Below, piece by piece: positions 59,303-64,000 of a stretch of DNA of 64,000 bases. Position 1 is the stretch's first letter. Every line of letters begins with the position of its first letter. The position numbers and the translations under genes are program-made. Under the pieces are notes generated by a model that did no database searches, had not been told where the DNA came from, and saw nothing but the letters and a program-made list of their open reading frames with translations. Origin of the DNA: Eledone cirrhosa (Eukaryota); contig OZ024754.1 of the NCBI GenBank assembly GCA_964016885.1, positions 37,634,001 through 37,698,000 on the forward strand. Reading direction: 5' to 3'.

Positions 59303-60499
59303 ATACATACATACATACATACATACATACATACATACATACATACATACATACATACATACATACATACATACATACATACATACATAAAACTTTATTC
59401 GAATTCGTAGAGATGTCTGACTAAATACATATTTCATTTTACAAGAATCTGTAATAAGCAGCAAGGCTGAACACAAGGGCAGAAAAATCATTAAGGAAGT
59501 CCCGAAGAAAAACGACGAGAAAGGTAAACAAAATTTACATACATACATCTTTTATTCGAATTCATAGAGATACCCGACTAAATACATAATTCATTTTACA
59601 AGGATTTGCTACAAAGAGCCTGGCTGAACACATCCCCAGCAACATTATCGAAGTACCGAACGAAAACAATGAGAAAGGTAAACAAAATGTACATACATAC
59701 ATACATCTTTTAATCGAATTCGTAGAGGTATCCGACTAAATAGATTATTCATTTTACAAGGATTTGCTACAAAGAGCCAGGCAGAACACACCCTCAACAA
59801 CATTATGGAAGTACCGATCGAAAATAATGAGAAAGGTAAACAAAATATACATACATACATACATACATACATCTTTTATTCGAATTTGAAGAGATACCCG
59901 ACTAAGTACATAATTTATTTTACAAGGGTTTGCTACAAACATCATGGCTGAACACAACATCAACAACTTTATTGAAGTCCCGAACGAAAGCAATGAGAAA
60001 GGTAAATAAAATGTACATATATACATACATACATCTTTTATACGAATTCGTAGAGATACAGGACTCAATACATTATATATTTTACAAGGATTTGCTACAA
60101 ACGTCATGGCTGAACACAATATCAACAACATTATGGAAGTACCGGACGAAAGCAATGAGAAAGGTAAACAAAATGTACATATATACATACATACATATTT
60201 GATTCGAATTCGTAGAGGTATCCGACTAAATACATAATTCATTTTACAAGGATTTGCTACAAGCAGCAAGGCTGAAGACAAGGGCACCAAAATCATTAAG
60301 GAAGTACCGAAGAAAAAGGACAAGAAAGGTAAACAAAATTTAAATACATACATACATACATCTTTTATTCGAATTCGTAGAGATACCCGACTAAATACAT
60401 AATTCATTATACAAGGATTTGCTACAAAGAGCCTGGCTGAACACATCCTCAGCAATTTTATCGAAGTACCGAACGAAAGCAATGAGAAAGGTAAACAAA

Positions 60500-60532
<33 letters not shown>

Positions 60533-60970
60533 CATACATACATACATACATACATACATCTTTTATTCGAATTCGTAGAGGTATCCAACTAAATACATTA
60601 TTCATTTTACAAGGATTTGCTACAAACAACATGGCTGAACACAGCAAGACCAGCAACATTAAGGAAGCAATGAAGAAAATCAGCGAGAAAGGTAAACAAA
60701 ATTTACATACATACATACATACATACAAAGATCTTTTCGAATTAGTAGAGATATCTGACTAAATACATAATTCATTTTACAAGAATCTGCTATAATCAGG
60801 AAGGCTGAACACAAGGGCAGCAAAATCATTAAAGATGTAGCGAAGAAAAACGACAAGAAAGCTAAACAAAATTTACATAAATACATACAAAAATACATAC
60901 ATACATACATACATACATACATACATACATACATACATACATACATACATACATACATACATACATACAT

Positions 60971-61685
60971 ACAAGAACTCCCTACCAAATATCTGCTGCA
61001 CAAAAGAGGAGGGCCAGCAGCTGACAATAAATGTAGGCTATGTAAAACAAAGATCGAGGATGTAAGCCACATTGTTGCCAGCTGCGAAAGAATGTCATCT
61101 CGCTACTACCTCCCCATGAGACACGATGGGATAGCTAGAACTATCTGGAACGCACTTCGGAAAACAAAATTAACAACAAACGAGGAAGAATATATTGAGA
61201 CAGATGGCACTAAGGAATACTGGTGGAACCTGAAAATAAAAACTGCCACCAAATTAAAGCACAACCGGCCTGATATTGTAGTTTGGGACCACACATTGAA
61301 AACGTGTTCTGTTGTGGAGATCAGCTGCCCACTTAATGTAAACGTTGTCATGAAAATACAGGAGAAGGAGGACATCTACGGACCATTGATGAGGAGCTTA
61401 CAAATCCAGTATCCAAGATACACCTTTAGCTTCATACCCATCATTATTGGTGCTACGGGCTATATACCAACCCGCTTGGACCAAAGTATGACCGAACTTG
61501 GATTTGCGGACAAAAAGCGCAGCTCCCTAATTCATAGTCTACAAATGGCTGCGATAGCTGGCACCTTCAAAATATGCAAAACATTCTTGCGATTCAAGGG
61601 ATGACAATTTCTTTTCTTTTACAACCTTACCACCAGGAAGGTGGCCGGTCAAAAAATTATACTCGAAATTAAGAGAAAGAGAAAA
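60971..61685 (+). mobile_element. 5'-truncated copy of the R4/Dong element in (TACA)n
   Basis: Matches 48452-49165 with scattered substitutions; same 3' junction gagaaaa|catacatac. Confidence 0.9.
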
Positions 61686-62043
61686 CATACATACATACAT
61701 ACATCTTTTATTCGAATTCGTAGAGGTATCCAACTAAATACATTATTCATTTTACAAGGATTTGCTACAAACAACATGGCTGAACACAGCAAGACCAGCA
61801 ACATTAAGGAAGCAATGAAGAAAATCAGCGAGAAAGGTAAACAAAATTTACATACATACATATATACAAAGATCTTTTCGAATTCGTAGAGATATCTGAC
61901 TAAATACATAATTCATTTTACAAGAATCTGCTATAATCAGCAAGGCTGAACACAAGGGCACCAAAATCATTAAAGGATTACCGAAGAAAAACGACAAGAA
62001 AGCTAAACAAAATTTACATAAATACATACATACATACATACAT

Positions 62044-62626
62044 GGTGCCTGCCAACTTGTTTTCGAGTACGGCCACTACTTTATAACCATGTCGGAGAAC
62101 CCCTAGCGATGCGCTGAACAAGTGTGATTTTTTAGTCCAGCCAGCGACTTGATCACTCTGGTACAAACACTACACTTGTGACAATTATTGACACATAGTG
62201 CTGGGCCCATGGTACCTTGTGATGACAAGTGCAGAGAGATCTCCAGATATAAAGCAATGCCTGTGCTATGAAGCTTTTATAGTGAGCAAAGGCACTGCAC
62301 AAAGCCAGTCCCACTCTCTTAACCAAGATGTCTCATGGTCGGGTCGTTGGCGACTAAACTGGCAACCACCAGGGTTTCTTGGTGAGGAGGGTGACTTTGG
62401 ACATCCTGCAGGACTAAAAACAAAACCTGTCAAAGGGCAAAGGAGCTCTTAAGAGTCAATGGCCATCCAAAATCACCGGGATAGATGACCCCTTAGCCTT
62501 TGTCAAGGCAGAATTCTAGGAGAAGGAAAACTCTGATATAACACCTGCAACCCTGATGGTATCCAATGATGTTGACTTGTTCTTCTTTTTGGTAAATATC
62601 ATCTTGGTTAAGAGAGTGGGACTGAC
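62044..62626 (-). mobile_element. Bipartite RTE-derived element with the same 5' inversion as 58722-59302
   Basis: Identical inversion breakpoint and shared diagnostic substitutions (ataaccatgtcgg, ctagcgat). Confidence 0.8.
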
Positions 62627-63633
62627 ATACATACATACATACATACATACATACATACATACATACATACATACATACATACATACATAAAACTTTATTC
62701 GAATTCGTAGAGATGTCTGACTAAATACATATTTCATTTTACAAGAATCTGTAATAAGCAGCAAGGCTGAACACAAGGGCAGAAAAATCATTAAGGAAGT
62801 CCCGAAGAAAAACGACGAGAAAGGTAAACAAAATTTACATACATACATCTTTTATTCGAATTCATAGAGATACCCGACTAAATACATAATTCATTTTACA
62901 AGGATTTGCTACAAAGAGCCTGGCTGAACACATCCCCAGCAACATTATCGAAGTACCGAACGAAAACAATGAAAAAGGTAAACAAAATGTACATACATAC
63001 ATACATCTTTTAATCGAATTCGTAGAGGTATCCGACTAAATAGATTATTCATTTTACAAGGATTTGCTACAAAGAGCCAGGCAGAACACACCATCAACAA
63101 CATTATGGAAGTACCGATCGAAAATGATGAGAAAGGTAAACAAAATATACATACATACATACAAACATCTTTTATTCGAATTTGAAGAGATACCCGACTA
63201 AATACATAATTTATTTTACAAGGATTTGCTACAAACGTCATGGCTGAACACAACATCAACAACATTATTGAAGTACCGAACGAAAGCAATGAGAAAGGTA
63301 AACAAAATGTACATATATACATACATACATCTTTTATACGAATTCGTAGAGATACACGACTAAATACATTATTTATTTTACAAGGATTTGCCACAAGCAG
63401 CAAGGCTGAAGACAAGGGCACCAAAATCATTAAGGAAGTACCGAAGAAAAAGGACAAGAAAGGTAAACAAAATTTAAATGCATACATACATACATCTTTT
63501 ATTCGAATTCGTAGAGATACCCGACTAAATACTTAATTCATTATACAAGGATTTGCTACAAAGAGCCTGGCTGAACACATCCTCAGCAATTTTATCGAAG
63601 TACCGAACGAAAACAATGAGAAAGGTAAACAAA

Positions 63634-63666
<33 letters not shown>

Positions 63667-64000
63667 CATACATACATACATACATACATACATACATACA
63701 TACATACATCTTTTATTCGAATTCGTAGAGGTATCCAACTAAATACATTATTCATTTTACAAGGATTTGCTACAAACAACATGGCTGAACACAGCAAGAC
63801 CAGCAACATTAAGGAAGCAATGAAGAAAATCAGCGAGAAAGGTAAACAAAATTTACATACATACATACATACAAATATCTTTTCGAATTCGTAGAGATAT
63901 CTGACTAAATACATAATTCATTTTACAAGAATCTGCTATAATCAGCAAGGCTGAACACAAGGGCAGCAAAATCATTAAAGAAGTAGCGAAGAAAAACGAC

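Larger units (their letters stand above)
24170..64000 (+). repeat. Large higher-order tandem array of ~155-250 bp monomers (candidate intron plus 75/78-nt exon cassettes), interrupted by retroelements; continues past window end
   Basis: Monomer: gtaaacaaaattta(cata)n-catcttttattcgaattcgtagag..ccgactaaatacat.attcattttacaag plus a variable 75/78-nt segment ending (A/G)AGAAAG; about 8 recurrent variant classes in repeated order; first segment 24223-24300. Confidence 0.9.

Noticed and set aside
28255-63914. Many minus-strand Cys/Met/hydrophobic ORFs (MYVC..FCLPF..ANPCKMN), up to 415 aa
   Set aside because: Antisense read-through of the array and (TATG)n; frames shift with every 4-nt repeat change, and splice signals are on the + strand.
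24170-64000. CRISPR-like repeat-spacer array
   Set aside because: Variable segments are homologous to each other and recur in classes; eukaryotic context; no cas genes.

Overview
Eukaryotic, AT-rich, microsatellite-dense DNA. The SINE/RTE/Penelope repeat content suggests an octopus-like cephalopod (inference only). Contents: (1) A complete 5-exon SLC46/PCFT-like MFS transporter gene on + (6628-18111, 447 aa). Its introns hold several fold-back elements, including an inverted copy of its own exon 2. (2) A ~1.4-kb segment duplicated at 691-2035 and ~22423-23870. Each copy is followed by an array of a ~155-250 bp monomer: 6 old, diverged monomers at 2.4-4.9 kb, and roughly 150+ monomers (estimate) from 24.2 kb to the window end. 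Each monomer has the layout of an intron-exon cassette: GTAAAC donor, (TACA)n, CTAAA branch-like motif, AG, then a 75- or 78-nt phase-1/phase-1 segment open in one frame and encoding a 25-26 aa repeat. The apparent satellite may therefore be a giant tandem micro-exon array. (3) Retroelements inserted in the array spacers: a near full-length R4/Dong-type RLE retrotransposon plus a 5'-truncated copy and seven copies of a bipartite RTE-derived element, all in (TACA)n tracts, and a CRE fragment just after a donor. (4) Penelope remnants with minimal hammerhead-like motifs, tRNA-derived SINEs, a Helitron-like element and MITEs. Most ORFs in the supplied track are microsatellite or antisense artefacts.
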